Of a DNA stretch of 64,000 bases, positions 1-9,977 are shown in pieces (position 1 is the first letter of the stretch; every line of letters begins with the position of its first letter). Source of the DNA: an uncultured Deferribacteres bacterium (GTDB lineage Bacteria > Zhuqueibacterota > Zhuqueibacteria > Zhuqueibacterales > Geothermadaptataceae); NCBI GenBank assembly GCA_964014485.1, contig CAXHAT010000002.1, forward strand, positions 56,309 to 120,308, written 5' to 3'. Below the pieces are notes generated by a model. It ran no database searches. It saw only the letters and a program-made list of their open reading frames with translations, and was not told the DNA's origin. The position numbers and the translations under genes were made by a program.

Positions 1-795
1 TTGTTCTTCTGCAAAGCGGAAAATCGTGCTCTGCTGGTCGCTGACAATTTCGATCTCATCGCCGGGCTGGAGCACGGTCTCGCCGGTTTCCGGAATTTCA
101 ATTTGATTGACGAAAGTTCTGGTCTTGCTGCGCTTGTCGCTAACAACAAACTGCCCGTCGCGATACTGCACCGTGGCGTGTCTGCGCGAAATGCTCGGGT
201 CGATTTCACCGCGCTTGTTTTCACGAATAACAATGTCGTTCAATTTGTTATCGCGCCCAATTCTGGTTTCGCCATAACGCAGGCGAAACTTTTTGCCGCG
301 ATAAGGGCCGTAAATCGCCAGCAAGTAGTAGGGCGCCGTCTCTCCGGCGCCGCCGATAGATTGCTCGTAACTCTGGGAACTTTCATTCATCGTCACCGGT
401 GAAGCGTCGACTGTGATTTCTCCGGTCGCTGAGCCTTCGCCCGCCGCCGATTCTGCTGCGGCATGTGTGATTTCTGGAGAACTTTGGCCAATGTAGTCAA
501 GCGGATTGTCGAACAAAATTTCGTGTTCGCCGATTTTGATTTGGTCGCCGTTGTTCAGTGGCTGGCGCTTGCTCAACTTGGCGCCGTTTAACAGCGTGCC
601 AAATGCACTTTTCATGTCCTGAACAAAAAACGCATTATCAATTCTGGTTAACTTGACGTGGGTCATGGAGACGCGCTTGTCTTCCAGGACCAGGTCATTT
701 TGGTCTTCCGAACCTATGGTGAAGTATTTTTGTTCACCTGAAAGGTTAAGTTCTTTGAGAACTTCCGCTTTTTTCTTAACGATCAACCGTGGCAT
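1..795 (-). CDS. FHA domain-containing protein (two FHA domains); its 3' end runs off the window
   Basis: Absent from the supplied ORF track because no stop lies inside the window. Hand translation of the minus strand from the ATG at 795-793 gives MPRLIVKKKAEVLKELNLSGEQKYFTIGSEDQNDLVLEDKRVSMTHVKL...NGAKL...GDQIKIGEHEILF, then ...YGETRIGRDNKLNDIVIRENKRGEIDPSISRRHATVQYRDGQFVVSD...GDEIEIVS. That is two FHA-like units. It lies about 40 nt downstream of the kinase gene on the same strand. The listed + ORF 1..402 is its antisense shadow. Confidence 0.8.
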   Translation of the reverse strand, partial: MPRLIVKKKAEVLKELNLSGEQKYFTIGSEDQNDLVLEDKRVSMTHVKLTRIDNAFFVQDMKSAFGTLLNGAKLSKRQPLNNGDQIKIGEHEILFDNPLDYIGQSSPEITHAAAESAAGEGSATGEITVDASPVTMNESSQSYEQSIGGAGETAPYYLLAIYGPYRGKKFRLRYGETRIGRDNKLNDIVIRENKRGEIDPSISRRHATVQYRDGQFVVSDKRSKTRTFVNQIEIPETGETVLQPGDEIEIVSDQQSTIFRFAEEQ

Positions 796-835
796 CTATG
801 CATCTCCCTTGCAACGTGCGAGAATTTCCTTAAAT

Positions 836-3688
836 CTATTTTCTTGCGGTCAGCCGAAAAGTCAACCTGTTTTGCTGATCGGTTCTAATTCTGAGGTTTT
901 TGGTGCTGGCCTCATAGCCCGGCTTAATAACGGTGAATTGATAATTGCCTGGAGGTAATTCGCCAATAACCGCCCCGGCCGGATCGGATACGCCAAGCTG
1001 CTGCTCTCTCTCCTGAGCCCCCCGAATTTTGTACAAAACCTGTGAAACGTTGACAGGTTCGTTGCTGTTATCGTCAACGATAAAAATGGAAATGGCCGCC
1101 GTTTCCGGCTTCATTCGCGCCACAATCGTTTTGGCGTCGGGCGGAATCTGGACATAAGTGTCTTTGTGCCCTTTTTTTCGGAGAACAGCCGTGTAGCGCA
1201 GCGGCAGCAGGGTGACGTCGGTTGGCGTCGTTTCGTTGAATTTGGTTGAATTGTCGCGAGAACGCAGTTCAACCAAAGTTGCTTCAAGATCGCTGTCATC
1301 GCCGCTGTTTGCGTCTTTCGCAAAAATGCGAACCACCCGTGAAAGACTTTCCGTGAGTTCAACAGGCGTGTTTTGATCGACGTCCAGGCTGAAACGGCGC
1401 GGCAAATAACCGCCCTTGCGCAGCGTAATCACATGCTGCCCAACGGTCAAAAACAATGACCCGCTCAAGCCGGTAATACCGACGGGGCGCTCATCTTCGT
1501 CGAGATAAATTTCAGCGCGCGCCGGATTGGAGTTTATCGTAATGCCTTTTCTGAACACGCCTTCGATGGCAAAATGATCTTTGGTGTTGTCGAGACGCTG
1601 AAATTTCCAGAAACGACGGTCGCTGATGGTTTCAGCTCCCTGAACGCCGTCGATTTCCATGCCTTCAAGGGTCGGAAAACCTGGGCGCGACATGCGGATG
1701 CGCATCGGTTCTTCCGACACGTCCCAATAAACTGTTGTCGGCGTTTGCTGCGCCAATTTCACTTCGTTAATAAAAACGTCCGCCCCGGGAGGTTGTGAAG
1801 AAAGCTCCAACTGCGCTTTGAATTTAAACACGTACGGCGTACTCGCACTGCGAGACTCTTCTCCGGCAATCTTGAGTTGTTCACCTTGCCCGGGAACAGT
1901 AATCGATTTCACGATGGGATCGAAGCGCGGAATCGTCAGCATGAGTTTGTGAACGCCTGGCGTGATTTCTTCGATTCTCAGCGGAGTCGTTTGTTGCAAA
2001 GGTTTGTCATCAATGAAGACTTGCGCTCCGGCGGGGACAGATTCGATTTTGATAGCCGGGGGAAAAATCGTGTCGTAAATCGCGACGCCGAAGGGTGTGA
2101 ATTGCATAAACGCGTCCGCTGCAGCGAAGCCAATAAACAGAGTCAGCAGGGAAAACAAGCCGATCAAAAGGCCGCGCTTGTGCGAGCGTGCGGAAAGCCT
2201 GACGACGTCAATAATCGTCTTTAATTCTTCATCTTCACCCTCGTCAGCGACGCCGACGTCATTTTTTTGTTCGGGCATGATCGTATAAAATGAAGAAACA
2301 GGCTCCGCGCTTTGAGCGTTTTCCGTTTCCAAGACTTCAACGACCGGTTCGTCTTCGACAGGCGGCGCTTTCTCTTTTTTGGCGCGTTTGGGTTTTGCCT
2401 TTCTACCTTTTGATTTTGGAGCGTCGTCCGTTTTCGTTGAAGCGCTTTTTTCAGAATCTTGATTCATTTGCCGGGTCAGCTTTTCCACTTCCGTGGTTTG
2501 CGTCGCCTCTTTCAGCTCAACCTTTTCTTGCGATTGCTGACTTTCAAGTTCATTCACGGCTTGATCTGAAATTTCGATCAAGTCTTCCAATCCGTCATTG
2601 GTCGCGCCTGCGGGAACGGCGTTTTCTGTTTTCTTAGCTGTCTTGGCGCGCGTTTTTTTCGCACTGCGGCGCTTGGAAGATGAAGTTGTTTTGGCGCTTT
2701 GCGCTTTTTTGCGAGTCGGCGGCTTTTTCTTTGGTTCCGCCTTTGTGGGGGGCGCCGTGTCCTCAGCCGGAGCCGCTGCGCCGACAAATTCGGAAAGCTC
2801 TTGTACAAAATCTGATGCCGGAGCCGTCATAATCAAGTGGTGCATCAAATCCATGTACATGTGATTAGCGCTTGGGTAACGTTCTTCAGGCTTGGGAGCA
2901 AGCGCTCTTTTAACGGCGTCGCGCAGCTTTTCCGGTGTTTCCAAAGCGTCGAGTTTGGAAACGTCCCATTTGCCGCTTTGAAGTTGCGTGATGGTCTCTT
3001 GCGGCGATGTGGAAGCGAAGAGCCGTTCGCCGGTGATGATTTCGTACAAAACGAGACCAAGTGAGAAAATATCCGTTCTGCGGTCGGGGTCGGTTTGACC
3101 GTTTAGCTGCTCCGGAGCGAGATAATTGAGCGTGCCTTGTACCGAGATTTCATTTTTTTTCTTAGACTGTTGACGGCGCAAATTCGCCATCCCAAAGTCG
3201 ATAATCTTGACTTCGCCGTTGCGCGTAATCATGATATTCGACGGAGAAATATCCTGGTGGACAACGTTGAGCGGCTCATTCGTTTCAGTGTCGCGCCGGT
3301 TATGCGCGAAGTCGAGACCGGCGCAAGATTCCGCGACGATGTAAACGCCCAAGTGCAATGGAATTTGCTTTCCGCTCTTTTGGGCCGATTTCAGCAGTTG
3401 CGACAAATCCGGGCCGTCGATAAATTCCATGATGATATAGAATTGGCCGTTATCGCCGCGCTTGATGTCAAACACATGAACGATATTGTGGTGATTTAGC
3501 CTGGCGATGTGCAGCGCTTCGGCTTGAAACATGTCGATGTATTTTGCTTCTCCCAAAAGCGAGGGATCGACGGCTTTAATAGCCACGGATTTCCCGAAGA
3601 GCAAGTCCGTACCCCGGTAAATGATACCGAAGCCTCCGCGCTTGATCTCTTGTTGAATTTCGTACTTTTCGTCAATGACGGTTGTCAT
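836..3688 (-). CDS. Hanks-type Ser/Thr protein kinase with Lys/Pro-rich linker, one TM helix and C-terminal PEGA-like repeats
   Basis: Kinase motifs are present: GGFGIIYRG (Gly loop), VAIK, HQDISPSNIM (catalytic loop), DFG, APE. A TM segment is LLIGLFSLLTLFIGFAAADAF. Repeated units such as SVPAGAQVFIDDKPL...TP, SQPPGADVFINEVK and SNPARAEIYLDEDERPVG resemble PEGA domains. The track ORF extends to a TTG at 3796. The ATG at 3688 (MTTVIDEKYEIQ) places the Gly loop at the usual distance from the N-terminus, so it is preferred, but the start remains uncertain. Confidence 0.85.
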   Translation of the reverse strand: MTTVIDEKYEIQQEIKRGGFGIIYRGTDLLFGKSVAIKAVDPSLLGEAKYIDMFQAEALHIARLNHHNIVHVFDIKRGDNGQFYIIMEFIDGPDLSQLLKSAQKSGKQIPLHLGVYIVAESCAGLDFAHNRRDTETNEPLNVVHQDISPSNIMITRNGEVKIIDFGMANLRRQQSKKKNEISVQGTLNYLAPEQLNGQTDPDRRTDIFSLGLVLYEIITGERLFASTSPQETITQLQSGKWDVSKLDALETPEKLRDAVKRALAPKPEERYPSANHMYMDLMHHLIMTAPASDFVQELSEFVGAAAPAEDTAPPTKAEPKKKPPTRKKAQSAKTTSSSKRRSAKKTRAKTAKKTENAVPAGATNDGLEDLIEISDQAVNELESQQSQEKVELKEATQTTEVEKLTRQMNQDSEKSASTKTDDAPKSKGRKAKPKRAKKEKAPPVEDEPVVEVLETENAQSAEPVSSFYTIMPEQKNDVGVADEGEDEELKTIIDVVRLSARSHKRGLLIGLFSLLTLFIGFAAADAFMQFTPFGVAIYDTIFPPAIKIESVPAGAQVFIDDKPLQQTTPLRIEEITPGVHKLMLTIPRFDPIVKSITVPGQGEQLKIAGEESRSASTPYVFKFKAQLELSSQPPGADVFINEVKLAQQTPTTVYWDVSEEPMRIRMSRPGFPTLEGMEIDGVQGAETISDRRFWKFQRLDNTKDHFAIEGVFRKGITINSNPARAEIYLDEDERPVGITGLSGSLFLTVGQHVITLRKGGYLPRRFSLDVDQNTPVELTESLSRVVRIFAKDANSGDDSDLEATLVELRSRDNSTKFNETTPTDVTLLPLRYTAVLRKKGHKDTYVQIPPDAKTIVARMKPETAAISIFIVDDNSNEPVNVSQVLYKIRGAQEREQQLGVSDPAGAVIGELPPGNYQFTVIKPGYEASTKNLRIRTDQQNRLTFRLTARK

Positions 3689-4109
3689 AGTTTTCGCAAT
3701 CCTCAATACTTCAGCTTTGCTATAAAAGATTGGCCGCTTCCATGTACATTTTCCCGGAGGGTGTTCAGGCAGGCGATAATGCGTGCTTCGCGCCAAAGCA
3801 ATTAATATGCCACTGGTCGTGTGTAGTAGGTTGTTGATTTAAAAGAATTTAAGGCGCCTTGAAAGTTTCTGGATTGACACATCGCAAGAAACTTGTATCA
3901 CGCTGAAACAGGCGTCTTGGATCGGACAATAAGCGTCGCTCGAGCTGATAAAAACAAAGGCCAAAACGGATTTCGCGCCGCCGCGCGCCGAACGCCGACT
4001 CCAATAAATGACGAGCGGAATGAATTCGCAAAGAGCGCATCCAGGAAGGTTCAACTTTGCCTGTTTTCACCATTAAAATTCGAAGAATCGGAAGCCGCCC
4101 GGAGATGTT

Positions 4110-5747
4110 CTAAGACTCCGTGCGCCGCTCAGCCATTTCTTTTTTCAACGCGTCCTCAAGCACAAGAATGGCTTCATTGTCAGGTTTGCCCGCCCCAAGG
4201 TAGCTGTTTGTGACGATTGTGTTGATTTCAGCAAACCGCCTTGTTTCAAGCTTTAACTTTAGCACTGTTTTATAAATTTTCATCGCTTCAATATCTTCCC
4301 TGCCGCTCAAAAGATAAAGATTCGCGAGGGCGGCGTAGAGCTTGAGATTGCCCGGATTCCGTTCCATCGCTTTTTCATAAATGAGCGCCGCCGCGTGGTA
4401 GTTACCGCGCATGGTGTACAGTTTGGCGCGCGCCACAGGCGAAAACGCCGCAAAGATGATCAAAGGAATCATGACGCCGGCGATGACGCCGCCGCGCAGA
4501 ATCCAGCCGTCAAAGCCGGTGCTCTGCTCAGGGTGCTTTTCAATTTCTGAGGAGTAAGCGTCGTTAAAGTTGGATTTCGCCGTTTCCATGAGGGCGTTAA
4601 CGTCGCGAAAAGCCGTGTCGTGGGAAACGATGATTTCGAGATTCGCTAGGCTTTCTCGCCACTTGTCGTCATCCTGAAAAGCCAATGCTCCTAGATACAA
4701 TGAATCCAGATAGGCTTCGGTTGCGGTTGTTTCATCTTGCTCGAGATTCGGGCTTGCGTTTTCCAAAATTTCTTCGCCTTCGCTGGCGAGTTCTGGAATA
4801 AAACCGCTGCTGCTATCGGCGCTGGCAACAAGAGTATCTGGAATTGAAGAAACACTGGATGGCGATTTTTGTGGAACGACGGCGTCGGCAACCTTTGCGG
4901 AATCCTGTACGCCATCTTGCCCAACCAAATTTTGGGTAGAGTCTGAAACGGCTTTAGAAACAAAAACGGGCGGCTTCTCATGCTTTTTGAGCCGTTCGTT
5001 CTGAGCTGCGGCGCGTCTTGTTTCCAACTGTTCCTTTAAAATCGCATCAATCTCCGCCAGGCGCTCCGTCACGTTGCGGAAATCAGGCTTTTTCTGGCTG
5101 ATTTGCAGCAGCAGCGCCTTGGCGCCGTACAAATCCTGAGATTCAATCTTCTGCATTGCGGCGTCGTAAAGCTTCTGCAGTTCTTGCGCAGCTTTTGTCA
5201 TGGAAAGCAGATTGTCAAAGTAGCTTCGGTCGCCCGCGTTATAAGCGCGACCGGCTTGCAGTTCAACGATTGCTTCGTCGTACCGCCCTTGGTTGTATAA
5301 AATTCGCCCGCTTTCAAAGCGCGTCCGCGAAAGGAGGGACTTGTCCACGTTGAGGTTGCGAGCTTGTTGGAAAAACTGTAGGGCGAGGTTTGCGTTGCCA
5401 ACTTTTGAGTGTAATTTTGCCAGTTGGAAAAGCACTTTATACTGCGTTCGAGCCCCGCTGCCGGGAAAGGCGCTCTTGTGCGCTCTGTTTAAGTAGATTT
5501 CTGCGCGTTTGAAATTCGTCTTTTGCTGGTAAATTGTTGCCAACTCGAGCAGTGCGGCAATATTGTCGGGGTCTGCTTCCAGAGTCTTTTGCAGCGCATC
5601 GATCTTTTTGTTGTCGTCTTTTTTCTTAAGAGCGCGCTCATGTTGCTTCTTGGCGTCGCCGCCCTTTTCTTGAGCTTGCAAAGCGTCGCCCCATTGAAAC
5701 AATATTCCCCCCAAAAGCACTGCTATAACGCCGGTGAATTTCCTCAT
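4110..5747 (-). CDS. TPR-repeat protein with signal peptide and internal TM helix
   Basis: N-terminal signal-like MRKFTGVIAVLLGGILFQWGDALQA. TPR-like A/Y/L periodicity occurs at both ends (e.g. AALLELATIYQQKTNFKRAEIYLNRA and YHAAALIYEKAMERNPGNLKLYAALANLYLLSG). A hydrophobic helix is GGVIAGVMIPLIIFAAFSPV. Confidence 0.7.
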   Translation of the reverse strand: MRKFTGVIAVLLGGILFQWGDALQAQEKGGDAKKQHERALKKKDDNKKIDALQKTLEADPDNIAALLELATIYQQKTNFKRAEIYLNRAHKSAFPGSGARTQYKVLFQLAKLHSKVGNANLALQFFQQARNLNVDKSLLSRTRFESGRILYNQGRYDEAIVELQAGRAYNAGDRSYFDNLLSMTKAAQELQKLYDAAMQKIESQDLYGAKALLLQISQKKPDFRNVTERLAEIDAILKEQLETRRAAAQNERLKKHEKPPVFVSKAVSDSTQNLVGQDGVQDSAKVADAVVPQKSPSSVSSIPDTLVASADSSSGFIPELASEGEEILENASPNLEQDETTATEAYLDSLYLGALAFQDDDKWRESLANLEIIVSHDTAFRDVNALMETAKSNFNDAYSSEIEKHPEQSTGFDGWILRGGVIAGVMIPLIIFAAFSPVARAKLYTMRGNYHAAALIYEKAMERNPGNLKLYAALANLYLLSGREDIEAMKIYKTVLKLKLETRRFAEINTIVTNSYLGAGKPDNEAILVLEDALKKEMAERRTES

Positions 5748-6140
5748 GACGCCTCTCTGCTTCGGTATAGCTGTCGTCTTTTTTTGTCATGATCCCCAAA
5801 ACCGGACTTGTAAAACAGACTATTCCGATTACTCTGACTCAGCTTTGTTCAAAATGAAAATGTTGAAGCGCACGGACTGCCTTGCCGTTCCGTTTAAGTT
5901 GGCCCACAAGCAACCGCCCGGCTTTTCCGGCCCGTTTCTTCTTTTATTCGGTTTCAATAAAAGCAAGTAGCGTGAATCCTGGCTTTCATCGATTTAAACG
6001 TATTGTAGTAAGTACTGAAAAATTGTCGAATTTGCGGTAAGAGAAATGTAATTAATCATAGGAAGAAGGTGGAGTGAGCGCGACCGATTCTCGACCGCGC
6101 TTGTATAAAATGATTCGCCCCCTGCGAAAGGCTTGCCTCA

Positions 6141-9100
6141 CTAAAACGATTGTGAGAAACGAATTATTGCCAGACGGCCAACCTCAGGCGCCCCGATCAT
6201 CTCCCTGTGACGGCGATTCAGCAGATTCTGTACTGAGAGCGTGGCCTGCGTATTTTGGAAAATATTGAAATTAGCGTTGAAATCGACCACGGTATAAGCT
6301 TCAATTTCCCCAACAAACGCACCTGAGTTAACCGGAAAACCGTCCACAAAACGGAACCTTACCTGCGCGTTCAGGCCGCGAGTGAAATCGGAATAATTCA
6401 AGAAAGCGCCTGCCTTATTTTTTGGAGCGTTCAAGGCAATGTCCGCCACGCCGTCGAGGTTCTCGAAAAGGTCGCGGCTGACAAAGGAGTAGTTGCCGCC
6501 AACTCTCCATTTTGGCGAAAGCGACCAGGAAAAGCGGGCGTCAGCGCCAGTCAACCAGATGCTGCCGAAGTTTCGATAGGTCACGAGAACGTCGTTTTCC
6601 GTGGCAAGCTGGGTCGGCGTAAGTACGCCCACCGGAATATTTTCCAGATTGAGCGGCGAAGCGGGGTTGTAGATTTCCGCGACAGTCGCTTGCGCCGTGC
6701 TGCGCGCCAATGCTTCCGGCGTGCCAAGAGCAACCAGACGCTGGACAATGTCTTCTTCAAGCACCGGGCCGACCAATGCCTGGGCCGCATGAACTGTCGG
6801 CGTAATCACGATCAGCGGACTGACGAAATTTTCGATGTGCGAACGATAAATATCAAAGTCGAAAGATAGTTTTTCGAACAACACGCCCTTGTAACCGAAC
6901 TCGAATGAGTTGGTGACGGTCTCCCGGATCGGCTCTGCATCGAATGCGTTTTGGGCAAGATTTCCAGTCACCGGATCGATAAACGCCAGCGGAACATTTT
7001 GACTCAAAGTTTCGGGCAACACGGCGTCAGCCTGCGGATTTGCGGCGACCAAAATGGCGCGCAACTTGGGCCAGACGCTGTTAATGCGCGCTTCAGAATA
7101 GCCGTCAACGGCGTCAAATTGCGAACGCATCTGGGCGCGTCCGTCATTCCCAAGTTCGAAGGAAAACCCGCCTTCTGCGGGAACGCCTTTGACGCGAATA
7201 TTGACGATGTTTTCGCTAAGGCCAAGCGCGGCTTGCAACGGCGCCGGAAGCGGATTGGGAACGCTTTCTTGCAAAAGGTCTAAGAAAAGCGTGTTGCTGG
7301 TCGGCGTGCTGAAGGCTCTGTTAAAAGTGAATCGAAAATTGTTTTGTTGGTTCGGGCGCAGAACAAGCGCGGCGCGCGGTGAAAAAACCGGCTTTTCAAT
7401 GAAATTGTGTTCATCGATGCGACCGGCGGCGACAAACCTCAATTTCGATGAAAGATCGAGCTCGGATTGAACGTAAAAGCCAAACTCATTAATGCTGTCA
7501 TTATCTTCATTCTCGCCGTTGATCGTGCGCTCTGTGTTTGGCCGCGTGAGCAAAACGTCCGTTCCCCAAGTGACGCGCCGAGTTTCCCCAAACGACAATG
7601 CGTGTTGAACTTGAGCGACATAGAGTCGCGACTTGTCCACGATGGGATCGCCCGTGCGCAAAACAAAGGAATCGCCGGCGTTGGTTAAATTGGTAAAAGC
7701 TTGTACGAACAAATTACGATGTTTGAACCGCCCTTGCGCGTAACCGTATTTCCAGTCAACGGCCTGCCCGGCGCCAATTCCGGTAAGCTCGATGTTGCTC
7801 GCCGAAGTAAAGCCGGCGTTAAGAATTAACGACGTTGCTTCATTGAATTGAAAATCCGCTCTTGCATCACCCGAAAATTTTTCAACGTCAAAATCGCGTG
7901 CGCCAATCTTAAGCGTTGCCGGATCTGCGCCCTGCTGAAGCGCGGCTTCACGAGCTTGATTTTCTTCGATGTCAAAAGATTCCCAGTCATGCCCTTGATA
8001 ATATTGTCCGGACAACTTGTAGCCGAATTTTCCACCAAAGCTTTTTGCATGACGGAATGAACCCATTCGCAGGGCGCGTTCGCCGCCGCCGATGCTCACC
8101 GTCGTTCCTTCCGATCCGATAGGCGATTTTGTGATCATGTGCATGACGCCGTTCGCGCTGTTTGGCCCGTAAAGCGCCGATCCCGGCCCCAGCACAACTT
8201 CAATGCGTTCAATATCTTGATTGATGTTCGGGATAAGCTGGTAAGCGTTGACGCGCAACGAAGGAATACGGGCGATACGGTGATCGACGAGAGAAAGCAG
8301 CGACCCGGAAAAAACGTTGTTAAACCCGCGCACAACCGTTATGGCGGAATTAAGTCCGGTACTGGCCACGTCCACCGCCGGTTCGCCTTTCAAAAATTCG
8401 GTTGGCGTAATGGCCGGACGTTGGGAAATATCATTCTCATCGATCACGCTTACCGCCGCGGGCGCTTCCAGTTTCGCTTCCGGTCGCCGTGAAGCGGTAA
8501 CAGTAATTGGATTGAACTGGAGCCCGCTGTATTTGAGCGCGATTTTGATTTCCTGAACTTGGCCTTCTGAGACGCGGACGTTTTGGATAACCGTCGTCTC
8601 ATATCCAAGATACGAGCCTCTGACCGTGTAGACGTCCGGCTGGAGATTGTCCGCGCGAAATCGTCCCGCCATTCCGGAAGCGGCGCCTCGCGCAGGGTTG
8701 AGATTTGAAGAAGGAATAATTTCAATATTCGCGGCTGGCAGCGACTCGCCGCTTTCGCTGTCATAAATCAGACCTGATAAAACGCCGTAGCTGGTTTGAG
8801 GCTGCTCCGCGGGCTGAGAAACAACGTCCGTAGTTTGGGAAGCAGTGGGCGGAAGCGTCGGGGCTGTGCTGTTGACAACAGGGGGGACGGACGTATTTTC
8901 GTTAGAGTAGTTTTTATCGGCGCCGTTGCGGATCGGCATGATTTGGCCGTTATAAACGACAATGTTGGCCTGGCAGTCCGTGATAATAATGTTTTTTAAA
9001 AGGGCGTTAGTACGCTCGGCTGAAATCGGTGATTCGCAATAGCGGATAATCGCGTTTTGGACAACGCTTTGACTGCTGCCCGGGCCAAATTCGAGCCCGC

Positions 9101-9434
9101 CCCAATCCGTCGTGGTCGGAGGTTGCGCGCCGGTGCTGCCGGTAAAGAAAAAATCCGCGTCGCGTTGAGAAGTGAAAATAATCCTGTTGTTCGGTGCGCC
9201 GACGGCTTTTAGAATGCCGTTGACGCGAATCTTGAACGGCCCGGCCGCCTTGACAACGACCCCAGGTTCAATGACAAGCTCAGTTCCGGGTAGAATCGAA
9301 ACCTCGCCGGTTAAGATGATCGGACTGGCGGCCAGCGTCCACGTTCCGAATTGCGGTCCGCTCACTTCTTTTGCCTGAATCGCCCCTGCCGAAAAAATGC
9401 TGAAAATTGCCCAAAACTTGAAACAACGTCTCAT
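6141..9434 (-). CDS. TonB-dependent receptor with CarboxypepD_reg-like domain and an approx. 200-aa beta-helix-like N-terminal extension
   Basis: Signal peptide MRRCFKFWAIFSIFSAGAIQA. A CarboxypepD_reg-like segment is GVLSGLIYDSESGESLPAANIEI...VYTVRGSYLGYET. The plug reads ITVTASRR...VSVIDENDISQR...DVASTGLNSAITVVRGFN...IERIEVVLGPGSALYGPNSANGVMHMITK. A long beta-barrel follows, ending in the aromatic terminus RFSQSF. Confidence 0.9.
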   Translation of the reverse strand: MRRCFKFWAIFSIFSAGAIQAKEVSGPQFGTWTLAASPIILTGEVSILPGTELVIEPGVVVKAAGPFKIRVNGILKAVGAPNNRIIFTSQRDADFFFTGSTGAQPPTTTDWGGLEFGPGSSQSVVQNAIIRYCESPISAERTNALLKNIIITDCQANIVVYNGQIMPIRNGADKNYSNENTSVPPVVNSTAPTLPPTASQTTDVVSQPAEQPQTSYGVLSGLIYDSESGESLPAANIEIIPSSNLNPARGAASGMAGRFRADNLQPDVYTVRGSYLGYETTVIQNVRVSEGQVQEIKIALKYSGLQFNPITVTASRRPEAKLEAPAAVSVIDENDISQRPAITPTEFLKGEPAVDVASTGLNSAITVVRGFNNVFSGSLLSLVDHRIARIPSLRVNAYQLIPNINQDIERIEVVLGPGSALYGPNSANGVMHMITKSPIGSEGTTVSIGGGERALRMGSFRHAKSFGGKFGYKLSGQYYQGHDWESFDIEENQAREAALQQGADPATLKIGARDFDVEKFSGDARADFQFNEATSLILNAGFTSASNIELTGIGAGQAVDWKYGYAQGRFKHRNLFVQAFTNLTNAGDSFVLRTGDPIVDKSRLYVAQVQHALSFGETRRVTWGTDVLLTRPNTERTINGENEDNDSINEFGFYVQSELDLSSKLRFVAAGRIDEHNFIEKPVFSPRAALVLRPNQQNNFRFTFNRAFSTPTSNTLFLDLLQESVPNPLPAPLQAALGLSENIVNIRVKGVPAEGGFSFELGNDGRAQMRSQFDAVDGYSEARINSVWPKLRAILVAANPQADAVLPETLSQNVPLAFIDPVTGNLAQNAFDAEPIRETVTNSFEFGYKGVLFEKLSFDFDIYRSHIENFVSPLIVITPTVHAAQALVGPVLEEDIVQRLVALGTPEALARSTAQATVAEIYNPASPLNLENIPVGVLTPTQLATENDVLVTYRNFGSIWLTGADARFSWSLSPKWRVGGNYSFVSRDLFENLDGVADIALNAPKNKAGAFLNYSDFTRGLNAQVRFRFVDGFPVNSGAFVGEIEAYTVVDFNANFNIFQNTQATLSVQNLLNRRHREMIGAPEVGRLAIIRFSQSF

Positions 9435-9852
9435 CGTTCGCCTGAAATATTTCCTGATTGATTGTGATTTGAATTTGACGTTAGCCTGACGATTCCCTGA
9501 AAAACGAGCGGCGTTGCCAGTGTTCGAATGGTCGATGTGAGTGTGAGTCTACAGCCGTGATTGAGGGTCTTCGGGAATTATGCCACGATAGTTACTATCG
9601 GCAAACAATGGAAAATGCGGCGCGGGTAAATTGAGGATTGTTTGGGGGAAGTAAGGTTTGAGCGCGAGACATCCCCAATTTGCGGAAATATTAGCGGAAT
9701 TTCATGAGAATAACCATTGGAAGAAGAGGTTTGGCGGGAATCCAGCGGCTGTGCACCATTTTTCGGGCGCCCGCCGGAGTTTATCCTTGTGCAGGTGGAT
9801 ACTGTTGGCGAATTCACAATTCATGGGGAATACAGATGACGCGCCATTCTTA

Positions 9853-9977
9853 TTAGCTACGCGCTTCAGCGCGTAGGCATGAGTGCGAGCGCATACCCCT
9901 TTTTTTCCCGCCGAGATAGCTCAGTTGGAAAAAAGAAGAGCGCACGACCGGGTCCACGCGCTGAAGCGCGCGGCTAA
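9853..9977. repeat. Inverted pair of self-complementary GC hairpins bracketing a tRNA-like 5' fragment
   Basis: 9853-9877 ttagctacgcgcttcagcgcgtagg versus 9954-9977 ccacgcgctgaagcgcgcggctaa; these are reverse complements with a few mismatches. Between them, 9910-9928 gccgagatagctcagttgg looks like a tRNA acceptor/D-arm start. Confidence 0.6.

Noticed and set aside
1-402. 133-aa + strand ORF at the window start
   Set aside because: It is antisense to the double-FHA gene, which I translated by hand on the minus strand (1-795) and which has convincing FHA signatures.
3874-3901. + strand sigma-70-like promoter TTGACA-16 nt-TATCAC
   Set aside because: It points into the 3' end of the minus-strand TPR gene. 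The only + ORF downstream (3893..4213) has no SD or motif. It could be fortuitous or drive an antisense RNA, and I cannot support it further.
6073-6100. Terminator downstream of the TonB-dependent receptor (agcgcggtcga-gaa-tcggtcgcgct on the minus strand)
   Set aside because: The 11-bp stem needs two G:U pairs, has a 3-nt loop and is not followed by a U-tract. This is insufficient for a confident intrinsic-terminator call.
9435-9800. Cobalamin or other riboswitch in the TonB-dependent receptor leader (gggaatccag looked like the AGGGAAUCCAG of B12 elements)
   Set aside because: The gggaatccag string is on the wrong strand for the minus-strand receptor. It matches the dispersed GGCGGGAATCCAG repeat also seen at 60274-60285. 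I found no B12 box (GCCACTG / AGYCMGG..CCKGCC-like) on the minus strand. Only a cmscan could settle it.
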